A stretch of 64,000 nucleotides of DNA from Tricharina praecox (lineage: Eukaryota): positions 868,001 through 932,000 of the forward strand of contig NW_026250415.1 in the NCBI RefSeq assembly GCF_024521635.1, in the 5' to 3' direction. Shown here one piece after another: positions 13,032 to 28,334 of the stretch. Positions within the stretch are counted from its first letter, which is position 1; every line of letters starts with the position of its first letter. The position numbers and the translations under genes were made by a program. Below the pieces are notes generated by a model. That model did no database searches. It had not been told where the DNA came from and was given only the letters and a program-made list of their open reading frames with translations.

Positions 13032-14922
13032 ATGGATATCACTACCTTCATCCACACCCAGCGCCAGGAGGCACGGCTGATCGGCGACAGCAATGCGTAC
13101 CGCAGCATGTGCTCCCGGCGTCTCGCAACCCTCCGCAAACGTCTCGGCCGCTCAAACCCAAAACGCTACGCTGCACAAGCACCGCTGACCCCCGAAGACC
13201 TGGCCAAGAACCCAACGTCAATTCCCCCTCCTCGGGTATTTGGTAATGGGGAAAGCTGACGCTCCTACAGCAATGCCCACCTGCTGCTTCTCGCTTCGGA
13301 ACGTGCATGGGCGCATGCTACCCACCTCAAGGCGTTGATGACGGAGGACCCCACCACCGCTACGGGGAGCACACGCAGCCATATCGTCTCGCGCTTCCAC
13401 AAAGCATTCAAGCACGCCTCCGAGCTTGTCGATCTCCTCTCTGCGGCCGAATCGAACGTGACGAGCACTGATCTCCTCGAGGCCACCGCCTATGCCTCGT
13501 CGTTCAAGGGCTTTGAAGCGCTCGAGAAGGAGCGCTGGGAGGCCGCGCTGCAGGCATTCGCCGTGTCCAACAGCATCTACTCGACCCTGTCCACCGATGG
13601 CAAGAACGATGCGTTCCCGGAGCTCCTGACCGAAATCGTCGAGCCGAGTATCAGGTTCTCGGCGTACAAGCTACAGTTGCCTCGGAGCATGGACATCGCC
13701 GCGATCGCGCGACAGTACTTTCCGCGCGATGAGGAGCATTCGCGGGTGGTTGCAGAGCTCGAGAAGCTCGATCCCAATGTTTTCACCGAGCCGATGGAGA
13801 CGGACTCTGCGGTTGTGGCAGGGACGGTGACTTCCGTTACATGGCGTGGCAGAACAGCCCCCGTAGAGGGTGCGGATATTTCTGTCAAGCTTTCGAACGC
13901 CCAGACGGCCGAGGCAGCCTACAACTCACAGGATCACCAGGGGTCGACAGATGCTTTCGATGCGGTGCTGTTGGCGTGGCAGGATGCGGTGGATGCGACG
14001 CGGAAGGCGATTGATGAGCGACAGGCGGAGGGGATGTCAATGTCCGACCAGAAAATGCAGATTCTACAACTCACGTGGACGGTGGTGAACTATTCCATGA
14101 TCTGCTGGCGGGTGGGTCGCAACCGCGTGATGATCTCCAATATCATATCTGGCCCGAAAAAGACCAGCAAGAAGGGGGAAACGGTGCCGGTTGAGGAAGT
14201 CTCTGGAAAGAAGATCAGCCATCTGAAGGAGGAGATTGCACTTTACGACGCCATCCTCCAGGTATATTGCTCCAACACCCATCCGAACGAACATACATCT
14301 AACCCCCTCACAGAGTCTGGAACAAATTACCAACCTCCCCGGAGTCGCCGCCGACGAAGCCTTCACCACCGAGCTAACCAGCAAAGCCTCCTTCTTCCGC
14401 GCCCTCCGCACCTCTTCCATTGCCCGCTCCCACGCGCTCCTCGGCAACCGCAAAAACGCCCTGGCACTGTTCCACCAAGCGCACAAGTACATCGCCTTGG
14501 CGATCCCCACACTGCCCACGGCGCCCTCGGAGCTCTCGCACAAGGGTCTCTCGATCCCCGCCTCTGAAGCCACCGCGCTCTGCGACTCGCTGTCGGGTGA
14601 AGTAGCGCGGTACCGTGCCCTCGTCGAGATGGACGCTCTAGCAGCCAAGTCGGATGTTGGCGAGCAACACGGAGTTCTCCTGGAGCGCCTGGATCAGTGG
14701 CCGAATAAGGTAGACTTCGAGAAGGGCATTGTACAGTGGCCCCCCAAGGTCCAGCCGGTCCCGGTGAAACCACTGTTTTTGGACATTGCGTGGAACTTTG
14801 TGGATTATCCGGGTTCCGGCGAGGGGAAGAAGGTGGAAGCCCAGCAGCAGCAGCAAGTGCGGGCGCAGAAGCAGGAGGCGGAGGAGAAGAAGGGATTATT
14901 GGGGAGACTGTGGGGGAGGTAG
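13032..14922 (+). CDS. SRP68: Signal recognition particle subunit SRP68, 3 exons
   Basis: MDITTFI...YRSMCSRRLATLRKRLG, LLASERAWAHA, VEPSIRFSAY, PVPVKPLFLDIAWNFVDYP; introns 13217-13270 and 14262-14313. Confidence 0.93.
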
Positions 14923-14996
14923 TTGCTACATATTACGGAAATGTTTTCAGGGTGCGGGTACCGTATTTGTCTCCCTTGCCATCCAGTGACCACCGC

Positions 14997-14998
<2 letters not shown>

Positions 14999-15027
<29 letters not shown>
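14999..15027. repeat. (CT)n dinucleotide microsatellite
   Basis: About 14 CT units between the convergent SRP68 and GCD7 3' ends. Confidence 0.95.
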
Positions 15028-15031
<4 letters not shown>

Positions 15032-15358
15032 CCATTAGAGTATCAGTGTTTTACATAGGAGAAGTATCCAAAAAAACAAGATCAACAACTGATCCAACGC
15101 CAAGTCGTCCGTTCTATTTTGCTGATAGAAGCTGTATCGCCTTCCTTCCTTCCTTTCCTTCCCAAACTTTTGTTTTACCCCCCTTCCCTTCCCTTCAGCA
15201 CATTGAACCAAATCATACAACGCCGTGTATAGTAGAAAAACAAGAATAAGAATAATGAAAGCCCATTCACTCCCACCGCCCCTACCAACCAAAGAAAAAG
15301 ATCCGCCTGCCATCCGCCAGCCATCTGCAAGCACGAAAAAAGTCTACATATGTTCTGC

Positions 15359-16862
15359 CTATACTAGGTCTGCCTCCGGCATGTGGTAGAGGTCGAGCGT
15401 AGCCCGGTTGATTGTAGTTTTCGATACGATGCCGCTGTTTTTCCAGCACGATTAGCATGTGGACTTCCGAGTTGTCCGGGCGGGGGGTCGGGGGTGGGGC
15501 AGGGCGGGAACATACTTATTAGTGACAAACATAGTGACGAACTGGGGTTCGATCAGGTCGACGAGTGGGTTCGGATAGTCGGCGTCGAGGAGTTCGCCCC
15601 GCTCGTATCCTATAGCAGCGGGTGGTCCCATCTCGACGAGGCCCTCCTGATAGTAGCTAGTGACGGGGCAGAGGACGTGGCTGCCGGCGACGACGACCAC
15701 AGGCTTCATCAGCGCCTTTGCTGCGCGGGCGACGTTGAGCGCGCCGGAGGTGGCGAGCACACTGCCGTCCGCGAGAACGTACGTCGCCGCCAGGAACACC
15801 TTGTTGACGCGCGAGATGAGATTGTAGATGTCGACGTCAGAGATCACGATGACCTGGACGCCGCGGTCCTGTAGGGATTTGCGCGCGGTGGCCGTGTCGG
15901 TAATCGTGATGTCGGCGGCGTCGTCCTGGCTTGTCGCCGGGATCTTGTTCATGACTGCGGCGTGGGTGCGCTTGAAGATGTTCTGGGAGCCCTCGACGAC
16001 GACGACGGTGAAGTCGTGGTCGCGCTTGTGCGCCGCGCGCAGCAACAGCCGGTGCACCGTCGACGGCAGCCCGTACGTCATGATCACCTCGTTCTTGTGG
16101 ATCAGCTGCGGCGCGTACTCGGCGATCGACATCTCGCTGCTCTCGAGCTCGTCCACCAGCTCCTTGATGTCCTGGATCACAGCGGGGCGGATGTCCTTTT
16201 GCTGGGTGGGGGTCTTGAAGCTCTCGGCGCTGACGGCCGTCAGCTGCACGGGCGTGTTAGTCCCGGTGCCGGACGGGCTCGTTCCCGTGCTCATGGCGTG
16301 CGGGCTCGCGCTCTGCGAGATGATGCTGAACAGACCAGTGACGCTCGCTTGCGTGCCCGACGCGAAGCTGGTGTGGGAGGTCATGAGGGCTGGGCGGCCG
16401 CTGGACGATGGGCGGTTGTGTGGCAGCTCCGACCGCGCCGCAGCCTCCGACATCTCCATCGCAGCCTTGAAGTGCTCCCCCAACCCGGCATTCTCGGCCT
16501 CCTCGCGTATTATGCCGAGGACGCGGCGTACCATGTTGCGGATAGACATCTCCCGCGGCCGCGCCTGCGACAGCTTCGTTTCGAGCGACAGCACGTAGTC
16601 CACGAGTCCTTGGATCGACGCGGGCTTTTGCGCTGCGATCAGGCGCAATAGCAGCTGGGCCGTTCCCACCGCGGTCGGCGTCGGATTCCGAACGGAGCGG
16701 CGCTTCAAGGTGCTATGTAAGGTCAGCGCGGTGCGAATAGTAAGGAGGAGAGTCACACTTGACAAAGAGATCAACGCTGTGGACCGGGTGAAAGTCATTT
16801 TCGAGATGTGCGAGCCACCATTTTAAATCCGGCGTGTGGATTTCCACCATTTGCGAAGTCAT
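15359..16862 (-). CDS. GCD7: Translation initiation factor eIF2B beta subunit, 3 exons
   Basis: TLKRR, AQLLLRLI, PREMSIRNMVRRVLGIIREE, IHKNEVIMT, SRVNKVFL, NPLVDLIEP...FVTN; introns ~16758-16713 and ~15515-15435. Start is 16862 or the in-frame ATG at 16850. Confidence 0.88.
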
Positions 16863-17354
16863 GTTGGATGTTGTCGTATGGTAACAAGTCTCAAATGGTG
16901 ATGGTAATTGTAATGCGCGGTGACTATGAAGGTGGAGGTGGCTTGGTGATTGGTGAAGGTTAGTGGTTGTGGATATCTATGGTGGGGCTGATTTACGCGG
17001 GGCAGCCCGCAGTTGGTGGGAGTCACTGTTCGTCCCTGAACCGATGCCTGAGATGTCGCCTAAAAGTGGCTCTCCGCAATCCGAGAGATGGCAGCTCAAG
17101 GCTACGGTTATTGCAGCCGGACTTTGAATGGCAACTGGCGGACACCCGAGAACAAATGAAACCAATCAGGAATGAGAATCAGATTAAATGATTATCCAAT
17201 CATGTCCTAGCACTCGTGGACATTGGTGGCTACTAGTAGCACAACCATGTCCCTCGTTTCGGAGCCGCGTAAGTCCAGTGAGGCAACGTAAAGCTTGAAC
17301 ACGAAACAACCACCCACCACCACCTCACCTCCACCTCCACCCATTACCACCATC

Positions 17355-18455
17355 ATGGCGAACAGCGGCTACGATGTTGTCGTAGATATCGACGATGACG
17401 GCGATCTCGGCCACACCGACCTTGCGCCTGACCTTGAATTCCACCAATCCAGTTTGCGCGCCCCACCAACCACCAAGCTGGTGATGAGAGCTGCTGAGCT
17501 GACAAGCTCCCCACTTCAGACTACAACCAGGACCAGACCAGCGGGAAGATTCCAAGAGATAACTCCGGTACGTGCATACTGTCGATCTGTAAGAGGGATA
17601 CTTTGGGCTTTAGTGCTGATTCCTTCCGTGTGTAGGCCGCGGCGGCTTCTTCTCCGGTGCCGGCGGAGGCCCATCAGGCTCCGGCGGCGGAGGCTCTGGC
17701 GGCGCAGACCCGAACACGAAACGGTATTTATGGAGTGTCGACTTCTACGCGCAGTTCTTCGACGTGGACACGGACGAGGTTGTCAAGCGCTGCTGGGCAG
17801 CGCTCTTCCCCAAGGCGGTGTTCCTCGACATCCTCGAGGGCAATCCAGATCTCTACGGTACGGTTTCATCCACCACCACCCCCACTACCACGGCTACCCA
17901 CCATCGACTAACCCTCGCTCACTCGTTGTAGGCCCGTTCTGGATCACCACCACCGTCGTCCTAATCCTCTTCCTCTCATCCACGATCGCCCAATACTTCG
18001 CGCGGATGAAAGACGTTCCCTACACGTACGACTTTGGCCTCTTGTCGGGCGCCGCAGGGCTGATGTACGGTTACACGGCGTTCGTCCCCGTCGCGCTCTG
18101 GGGCGTCCTCAAATGGTACGGTAGCGAGAGCGCCAACCTGCTGGAATGCCTCTGTCTCTACGGCTACAGCAACCTGATATGGGTCCCCGTGGCTATCGCG
18201 AGTGCGTCCCCGATCACAATACTGAACTATGTCTTCGTCGCGACGGGATTCGCTGTCAGCGCACTGTTCCTGTTCAGGAATTTGTATCCAGTCGTTGCCG
18301 CGACGGACGCGAAGACTACGAAGGTGCTACTGATCGTAGTTGTGGCCCTCCATGCGGGATTGGCCCTGGCGATTAAGATTCTGTTCTTTGCACATGGAAG
18401 CCCCGTGGCTAAGGATCAGCTCACGAAGGACAAGCCTAGTTTGATGTTTTTGTAA
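17355..18455 (+). CDS. Yip1-domain Golgi membrane protein (Yip5/YIPF1-like), intron-containing
   Basis: MANSGYDVVVDIDDDGDLGHTDL, FYAQFFDVDT, DLYGPFWITTTVV, CLYGYSNLIWVPV; several transmembrane segments. Confidence 0.85.
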   Translation: MANSGYDVVVDIDDDGDLGHTDLAPDLEFHQSSLRAPPTTKLVMRAAELTSSPLQTTTRTRPAGRFQEITPVRAYCRSVRGILWALVLIPSVCRPRRLLLRCRRRPIRLRRRRLWRRRPEHETVFMECRLLRAVLRRGHGRGCQALLGSALPQGGVPRHPRGQSRSLRYGFIHHHPHYHGYPPSTNPRSLVVGPFWITTTVVLILFLSSTIAQYFARMKDVPYTYDFGLLSGAAGLMYGYTAFVPVALWGVLKWYGSESANLLECLCLYGYSNLIWVPVAIASASPITILNYVFVATGFAVSALFLFRNLYPVVAATDAKTTKVLLIVVVALHAGLALAIKILFFAHGSPVAKDQLTKDKPSLMFL

Positions 18456-19163
18456 GGGGGAGACTATGAGAGCTGGTTATATCGTCTTTTTCTTTTGCAT
18501 ACTTAGGTTGGCTCGAGGGGTGTGTCTTTTTTTTTCCAATTGTCGCGATCAAGCCGTGGGAAATATATCACGAGTGATGCTTCATGGAACCCATTCGTTC
18601 GTTCGAAGGGCCGGCGGATGAGCTTGGGTCGAGTCCGCGAAATGGGCCGTATCTTATCAGATCGTCTCCAAGACCCTACCATGTGATACATAGGCCCAGC
18701 GGAATAAGGTCTTCTTCTTTTCCGCACACCGGCTGTGTGTATGGCTGCCGACTGTGTCCGGCAGAGCGCCACTTTTCTCCGTATTTCAGAGTCTTTGGTC
18801 GAGTGCTGACTACCGTTCCCGGTCTAGCGGACTGTTTGGGCTTCCGTGCTTGGTAGGTATGAGGTAATTGCGGGAGTTGCAGCGGTATGTATCCGTATCT
18901 CAGTCGCCGAAACGCGGTTGGTGCTGTTACCCCGGACCGAGTACTTTTCAAGCGAAAGAACTTTGGACGGAGAAAGTAGAAGACAAGAGCCGCCGGCCTC
19001 CTCCTAAAGCTTACGTACAAATTTCTCTCTGTCTCTCCTCCTCCTCATCTCTTCCTGAATCTGGTCCCAAGATACCCACCACCTACTAACCCCACCACCT
19101 CCACCACCACCACCCACCCCCGCCTCACCCACATTCCCATAATCATCCGCAATTTCCCGCGTC

Positions 19164-20763
<1,600 letters not shown>

Positions 20764-21567
20764 ATGAGGATGAGAATGCAAGTGGATGAACGGACGACTT
20801 GGGAGGGGAGCGGTCTCATGATTGCACGACATGATGGCTAGGCTAGGGGTTGGGGTGTAGAGTACACTACGCACACGTACGATGAATCTGTTTCCTTCCT
20901 TCTTTCGCAGCGGTCGATCTGGTGGTTGGCAGTGGTGGTGGTGGCTGCGGCGGTGAGGATGTAGAGTAGACTACTAGCGTGTTAGTCTTCTTTATCGATT
21001 CCACTTGTGCTGTGGGACTGTATGAATATATAGTCTTCCTTTCGGATCTAGGTATGCGTGTTGAGCAATGGGTGCATGCGATCACTATACGTCACTCGGG
21101 ATTCGGCATTCCAAGCCTTCCGGAGAAGGGGGCGGAGCTGAATAGAGATTGATGATTTCAAATGTAGCTCTCATACATTCTTGACTTAGTATCCAAAGTC
21201 TCGGTAGATAACGATGGATACATGTCTTCTAATCCACCCGGACTGCGGTTCGAAGTGACACAGATGACGACGAACAATCCCTCCCCCAGCCCCAGCAGGG
21301 ACCTACATAGCCACCAACCAAAGCCGGCCCGCGTGGATACGTCATGCGCTCGGTCAAGTAACTAGTGCTAAGAGCTCGAGCTGTCAGTCAGCTGGGAGTC
21401 TGGGAGGGAGCTCCCTTCGCCCCGCTTTGCATACCATACATAAATACCTCCATCCATCCGACCATTACCATCCTCTCCCGCATCCATCCATCATCATCTG
21501 CTTTACTCCACTACCATCACTCAAACGATCCCTTAAACGAGCCCCCATCACCACAACTACAGCAGCA

Positions 21568-21949
21568 ATGGCCCCCCAGTCTTACATCGTCCGTTCCCCT
21601 CGTCTCGCCTCTCCAAGCTCCCTTCCCCCCACCCCCGACCCCCGCTGATAGAAGTTCAGGTTACCGCTAAGGACGCGGAGAAGAAGAACAAGCTCATCGA
21701 GGAGGCCAAAGCCGCTGGCGGAAAGATCACCCACAACTACACTTTGATCCCCGCGTTTGCGTATGCTCCCCCTCCCCCTCCCCCTTCACACACACACGCA
21801 CATGGATCGGTAGATGGGTAGATGGATAGATGGATGCTAACACATGGGGCGATTACAGCGTCGAGTTCCCCGAGGGCCACGTCCAGACTTTCGACAACAA
21901 CCCAGACGTGCAGACCGTCGAGAGGGACAACGAGGTTAGGACTCAGTAG
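21568..21949 (+). CDS. Small I9-family (subtilisin-propeptide-like) protease inhibitor, 70 aa, 3 exons
   Basis: Exons 21568-21588, 21660-21760, 21859-21949 total 213 nt and give MAPQSYIVTAKDAEKKNKLIEEAKAAGGKITHNYTLIPAFAVEFPEGHVQTFDNNPDVQTVERDNEVRTQ*. Canonical splice sites; TATA-like ATAAATA at ~21440. Confidence 0.85.
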
Positions 21950-22514
21950 GCGGGATGCTAGGTGCTAGATAGGTGCTAGTGGAGGAGTTTGGCCTGGAGG
22001 AGTGAGGAGTCCGGCGGCTCGCTTTCGTTGCTTTACACTCTGCTTTACACTGTGCTTTTACTTGCGGCTTGCGGTTGGGAACTTGGGAATAACACGGGAT
22101 TGGGAGTTTGGTAATCGGACTGGACTGTGATTTGATTTGATGCGATTTGATGTGATGTGAAGTGGAACTCCTTCGATGTTGATGCCTCCGGAGGTACCCA
22201 CCGTTGGCCCCGCTACATCACGACCCTGTCCCTGTCCCGTCCCCGCTCCTTATCGGCGCGGTTAGCGACGGAACACACTTCAAGGGTCCCTCAGAAGGTA
22301 TTCTACCCCTCCCCCCGAGAGCAATAGCTTCATCAGTCTAGGAGTTGGCTCAACGAAGTACCACTCTTCACGTAGGTACGCACTTTTCACATCCGTAGTA
22401 GATAACATTCTCTAAATTCCCACCGACTCCTCCACAAATGCACCCAAAACAAGCGATTAGATACTCCCAGCCGAACGCCATGCTAAACCAAAATCCATAC
22501 ATAAATCCATATCA

Positions 22515-23832
22515 TCACGACCCATTCCAAGCTGCAGCGGAAACCCCCTTCAGCTTGAGGTACACATCTGTTCCCCAGCCATAGGCACTCTGCAGCTGCA
22601 GACTCCCTCCAAAATACTCTGCATAAGCTCTACTGAGCGGCAACCCATACCCCAATCCAGCGATGCTGCTGCCGTCGCCGGCACTAGCTACGCCGGCATT
22701 GAACCTCCCGAGCGCATCCTGCTCCTCCCCCTCCCCATCCTCCGAGAAAGTCGTAAAGCTGTAGCTCCAAATATTCGGCATGTCATCGGGGCTGATCCCA
22801 CCTCCGCGATCGCGGATGCGGAGTGAGATACCCTCGGAGTACGGGTCCTTGGCGATTGTGATCAGCACGGGCTCGCTGACGCCGGCCTCGACCGTCGCTC
22901 GAAACGCGTTCTTCAAGAGCTCCGTAATCATGTACTCCAGATGCACGGGGATGTACGGGAACCGTACGTCGGGGTCGCCGTCGACGTGGATCTGTGGCCG
23001 CACGCCGTAGCGCAGCTCACAGATGTCGCCGACGAACGAGCTGCAGCTGTGGATCAGCCGCGCGGGCTGCAGCGCCGTGTCGATCGCGCCAATATACGTG
23101 TTCGGCGCGCCGCCCTCTCCGTCACCGTCGCCGCCCATAGCCGTCGCCTCCACATCGCTGCTCGTGCTCGCCAAGTGCAGCGCAATGTGCTGCTCCGCCA
23201 TTAACCGCGTGCCAATCCTTTCGTGCAAGTGCTCGTTGAGGAACTTCGTCACCTCGGCGGGAGTAGTGTACTTCCTGCACTCGATAAACCCGCGCGCCAG
23301 CGTTGGAATGGTATTCGAGTGCGTCATGACGATGTCCGTTAGGATCTCGGTGAACCGTGCCTCCTCGTCGGGCGTGGTGGGACACGTCTGCGGGAACGAG
23401 AGGATCGCCCGCAGTGATTGCCGGTAGTTGTCGAAGATCTGAGAGATGTGCGGGTTGGAGACGATGATGAACGGGAGGTTCCGCAGCGCTTGGATTCGAC
23501 GTGACAGCCGGATCGGTAGGTTTTCGCGGGTGAAGCGCGCGCTGTTGAGGAGTGCTTGCGGTGAGAGCGGAGGGCGCCCGAAGCTGCGGGTGTGGTTAGC
23601 CTAGACACCCCGAGGTGCAAGAGGGAGAGGTAGAATACCGTATCAAATCTGTCAGAGTCACGCTGCGGGGAGGTTTTGCGGCCAGCCGGCAAATCTCCTC
23701 TTCGGCAGAGATGCACCATTCGTTCAAACTCTGGGTTTCGGGCGCTTTGGAGGTGAATGATGGTGCGGCATGGTAGTAGCGCGGCAATGGTCGCGATGGG
23801 AGGAGTCGTGATGGTGGTCGTAGTATTCGCAT
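22515..23832 (-). CDS. Mitochondrial branched-chain alpha-ketoacid / pyruvate dehydrogenase kinase family protein, 2 exons
   Basis: Intron 23638-23584; ENLPIRLSRRI, RIGTRLMAEQH, ELLKNAFRAT, IRDRGGGI, AGLGYGLPLSRAYAEYFGG, GWGTDVYL (GHKL ATPase). Confidence 0.9.
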
Positions 23833-24268
23833 TGTGGTCGTGACTGTGGGGGAGGAAGGGTGGGCGTGCAGTCGATGGTGTTATATGGGCTTCGGCAAAA
23901 AACGGTAAGTTCTAGATGGATTATTTGATGGAAGTTAATTCGATTTCGTCACATCATGTGGGATCTCCGGCGGTGCACAGATGACCGAAGACCGGCAGGC
24001 AGGGCAGGCATATCCTTCAAGGTTGCTTTTCCTCGTCTAACCGTCCTCAAGACTCGTGGAGCCAATCTTCTCAGCCCGGTCTCAGCCCTGCTCCAGCCTT
24101 TCCAATAGCCTTGCCAAGCGGACCATCGAAGAGCTGCACGCGCACCTCCGAGCCGCGTCCCCCACCAGCAAGCTCCCGTCTACCTACACACCTCCTAGCT
24201 ATCACTCGACCTCTACCTAAGTTATCTCACCACCTCCACCACAACCACCTACCGCACATCCGCTCATA

Positions 24269-27200
24269 ATGGGCCCTCCCCGCCCTGACGGTACAGCTCT
24301 CCTGAAGCACTACCGACTACAGGATCCATACCCAGCGGCGTGGTCAGATCCGATAGAAGATGCCGCGGAGAAGCAAGGGTTGAAACGGAACTCGACTGTG
24401 CGGTACTCAGTGCTTCAGGAGAACGTGGCGTCAACGCTGAAGGGGCTGCTTGCGGACGATGGTGGGACACTACCGCAGGACGAGCCCGACCCACTCGGGA
24501 GCACCGAGTCGGTCGTGCGCGTGTTGAAGCAGCGCGGGCTGCCGGTTGAGGATAACTTGCGATTGCGTTAGTACCTAGAATGATAATGTTCGAATTTGAC
24601 GGGGATGGATTGGTTGATGGTTGGCGCGTGAATAGGAAGCAGGTATATGGTCTCGTCGAAACACTTCTCGCCCGCCGCCTTCCTGCGCGATGTACACGCG
24701 AACACTCCCACGCCAACGCTGCAGCAGGGCCTCAACTACCTCAGTCAATCGATTGCGCAGAAGTCGGGGTCGCTCAAGGAGCTTGTGGAGAGCAACTTCG
24801 ACCGGTTTGTGGCTGCGAAGGCGATTATCGAGGGTGTGTACAAAGAGATGAAAGAGAATGCCTTTCTGGACAAGGAAAAGGAGGCCGAGTACGGTGTTGG
24901 GAAGATCAGGAGCTACCTCAACGAGGTCGACACTAAGGCGAATGAAGTTTTTGGGCCAATCATGACGGGACGCGGAAGGGAGGAGGGTCTGAGGTTGCTT
25001 CTGGGAATATTAGATAAGCACGGACAGATGCTGGAGATTCCGGTGACGATGCTAGAGTGCATCAAGAGGAAGGAGTACGATGCTCTGCACGATGAGTATC
25101 AGCAAGCGCGCAAATACTGGGTGGACTCGCGGGCCCTGGTGCCGGACCCAAAGGTTGGGGTTGGAGGCAACGTGAGGGAGGAACATATTCATCAGCTCAT
25201 CATTGCCGAGAAGATGTGGAACGAAGTCACGTACGTGATTGAAGACTTCAAGAAGGAGACGTGGAAGCGGCTTATCGACTGCAAGACTGAAGATAACACT
25301 CACATGGAGCTCATTCAGGTCTTGCTGGAAGTTGGGGTGGAGGATAATCCAATTACTTACTGGCTTGCCAGTCGTTATGAATACCTCAAGAGCAAGATTA
25401 CGACGACGTTTGAGAGGTCTCGGGTTGAAATCGAAGGTTTGCCCTCTCTCCCGATATCTTTTTCCTGCACCGACTCACGTTCTCGTAGCTGTCCGGAGAA
25501 GGGTATTGGAAGCACCTGCGCCGAATACCCAGACAATAGCACACCACCTTCGATCGCCGACCCGACGTGGCCCCTCGGATTCTCAAAAGGCTTTTGACAT
25601 ACCTCCAATTACCGCCTTCTGGGAGTTAGTGCACCATTCGATGATGGAGATTCTAGATGCTTCGACGGGAATTCTCGCTGAGATCTTGAGCTTCTGGAAA
25701 GCTGCACAGTCATTCATCGACGGTGACAATCTGTTACCTGTTGGTTTCGACGACCAGAGCAGAAAGCACCACCGTCTGAGCGACAAGGATGTGCGGATCC
25801 TTCGGGATGGCGCGATCGAACTCGTCACCTTGATCCGAACCTGTATGAACACGTTCTTCCTAGATCCTCCACCGGAAGATATATCTGCCGTGTACAGTCC
25901 AATGCCCAACACTCCTTTATCGGCGACGACGCCTGATTTCCCGCCGATTCCCCCGGTGCCTAGAATGAAAGATAATGGAGACGAGGACTTATATGCGTTC
26001 TTCCCGCCTCGGGCGAACACTCTTGGGGCGGTGCATTACCTAGGGAAAGTGATGATACTTCTCGGAAGGGCTGCAGCCTCCCTCGCAGAAATCTTTGGGG
26101 GCCTCGGCAGCGGAAACCTTCAGGATGAGCTCCGTAGTATGCTCTCCGCCGCACGGGAGCGTACCGTCAAAGCTCTGGGCAGTACATGGCTGGCAGACTC
26201 GCAGAACTGCCGGGTCATGGAGGATTGGACCCGGGCGAGTGATAACCGTGGAGTAACGAAGATGCCAGGTTACTTCTTTGCGTTCGAGAAGGAAATTATC
26301 GGCGGCATGCAGAGCATTATCTACCTGGACAAAGTGCGGAACGGAGAGACGAGCGTTATTCCCCAGCCTTCCGCCAAGTTCCTTACGAGCGTCCGTGGCC
26401 AGTTCGTGCGCACCCTCTACAAAGCTCTACAGGGCATGGTGGAAAACGCACAGAAACCGGCGGGCACGGAAGCGGCAGAGAAGGACGGGCTCATCAGTCC
26501 TCTACACGGCACCCGCGCTACAAACCTCACTGCTCGCTCGATTGACAGTCGGGACAAGAACACCCGGATGCTTCTAACCCTTAGCAACCTGCAGCTCCTC
26601 CGATCCGAGATTGTACCGGAACTAATTGGCCAATTCGAAAACGCCTTCTCGGTCAAGCTCACTGACGAATCCAAAACTATCCGTGATGCCCTGGGCCAAA
26701 TCGACGCACAGCTTTTTGACGAATACACCAAGCCCCTAGTGCGGAGCATCACATCCACTGTGCGCAACGGCATCCTCTCCCCTACTTGGGCTCCGCCTCC
26801 AGGCCAACTCGCCACTGATGTCCGGCCATACGTCTACGAGGCGCTCCTCACCATGGTTGACGTACACGCACAAGTGACCATCACCGCGCCCTCGCTGGTC
26901 CAACAAGTACTCTCGCACCTCCTCGAGCAGCTGTCACGCGAACTCCTCGAGAGTTTCCGGCAGCGGAAAACGTTCACCCTCGGAGGACTTTTGCAGGCGA
27001 CCCTTGACGTAGAGTTTGTAAACCAGACGCTGAGCCAGTTTAATACACCAAAGTCTTCGGAGTGGCAACAGCTAGTCTATGTAGAACTCGATCGCGGCAG
27101 CGATGGTGATGCTAGGACGGGATTGCAGAAGGAGTTGGGCGAGATGAAGAAGATACTAAGCTCCCTCAGACGCTGCTCGAGGGCTGAGTTGTATGTCCCC

Positions 27201-27334
27201 CCATATTTCCTATTGTTTTGTTTTGGCAAGTACGCGGACTGACTGACTGGTGTAGTTTGTGCTTCCGTGCGAAGAAATCCAACACGAGAAAGACGACCGC
27301 GCATACCGCGGAGGGAGATACGGGGGGTAGATAG
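24269..27334 (+). CDS. SEC5: Exocyst complex component Sec5, 4 exons
   Basis: DEPDPLG, FSPAAFLRDVH, LKELVESNFDRFVAAK, VRPYVYEALL, GGLLQATLDVEF; introns near 24567, 25437 and 27191. Confidence 0.92.
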
Positions 27335-28334
27335 ACTATGCTACTCCATGTGGGGGTGCTCTGTTATGCTGTTTCCTTTTCTTCTTTCTTCTTTATTGCT
27401 CTTTTGGCGTAGCGAGCGGTTGATCATGCGAACATTGGTGGGTGGGTGGGATGCATATACTTGTAATGTGATAGGACAGGTTATGTAGCTTCTGATTTAT
27501 GCCATGTGAAGCTCTCTAAATGGCTACTAGGTACTGATATACTTCGCCACCTTCCTCCGTGTTCTCCAAGTTGCTCGCTCCCATCCACCTCAGTGACAGT
27601 ACCGACCGAGCTGATGCTCGTAATTTGAGAACGGTCAGAACGGTCAGAAGCAGGCGTTAAGATAACAGCACAGCCATCCACTTGGAATCACTCGGTCAAT
27701 CAGCTCTCGCTCGACTCGACTCATTCTCACTGGCCATAGTTAGCCCCAATTCTCGATCCCGCAAACCGTAGTGACGCAAACCTTCGCCAGAATGGGGTTT
27801 GGTGAGGCTTACTTGGGGCAGCAACGTTGAACCCCCTCGGGCTTATGCAGAGGTACCTAGGTAGTTTGGCGATATCCAATGAGTTGAGGTGCTACCTATC
27901 AACCGTAGAGCCAAGCACGTGCCATCACTCGGTATATTTCAGAGTAACGAATTCACCCAGTCAAGGTGTCTGCGGAATTCCGAGAAATGGGCGCCGCCGC
28001 CATAGTCTGGATACATACATAGCCTGACTGCGAGTATGATGGGGGAAAAAACAGACAAGAGCCGAGGCATCCTTTTCCCAACTTCATTCTCCGACGGTCC
28101 TATTTTACACCAATAATACATAACAATCCATAATCACATAGTAAACAAACCAAACAACCAGGATAGAGCAAAACGAAAACAAACCATAACGATGCATAAT
28201 CATATCATGAAATACCCCACAACATCCCCACCCATCACCCACCGTTACCAACAAACACGCATGCAAAACACCACAAAACACCCTTCTATGCCCCTATATG
28301 TAGACCTCTAACTTAACTAGTAATACAAGCTTAC

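Noticed and set aside
15828..16651. Long plus-strand ORFs overlapping GCD7
   Set aside because: Antisense shadows of a GC-rich coding sequence.
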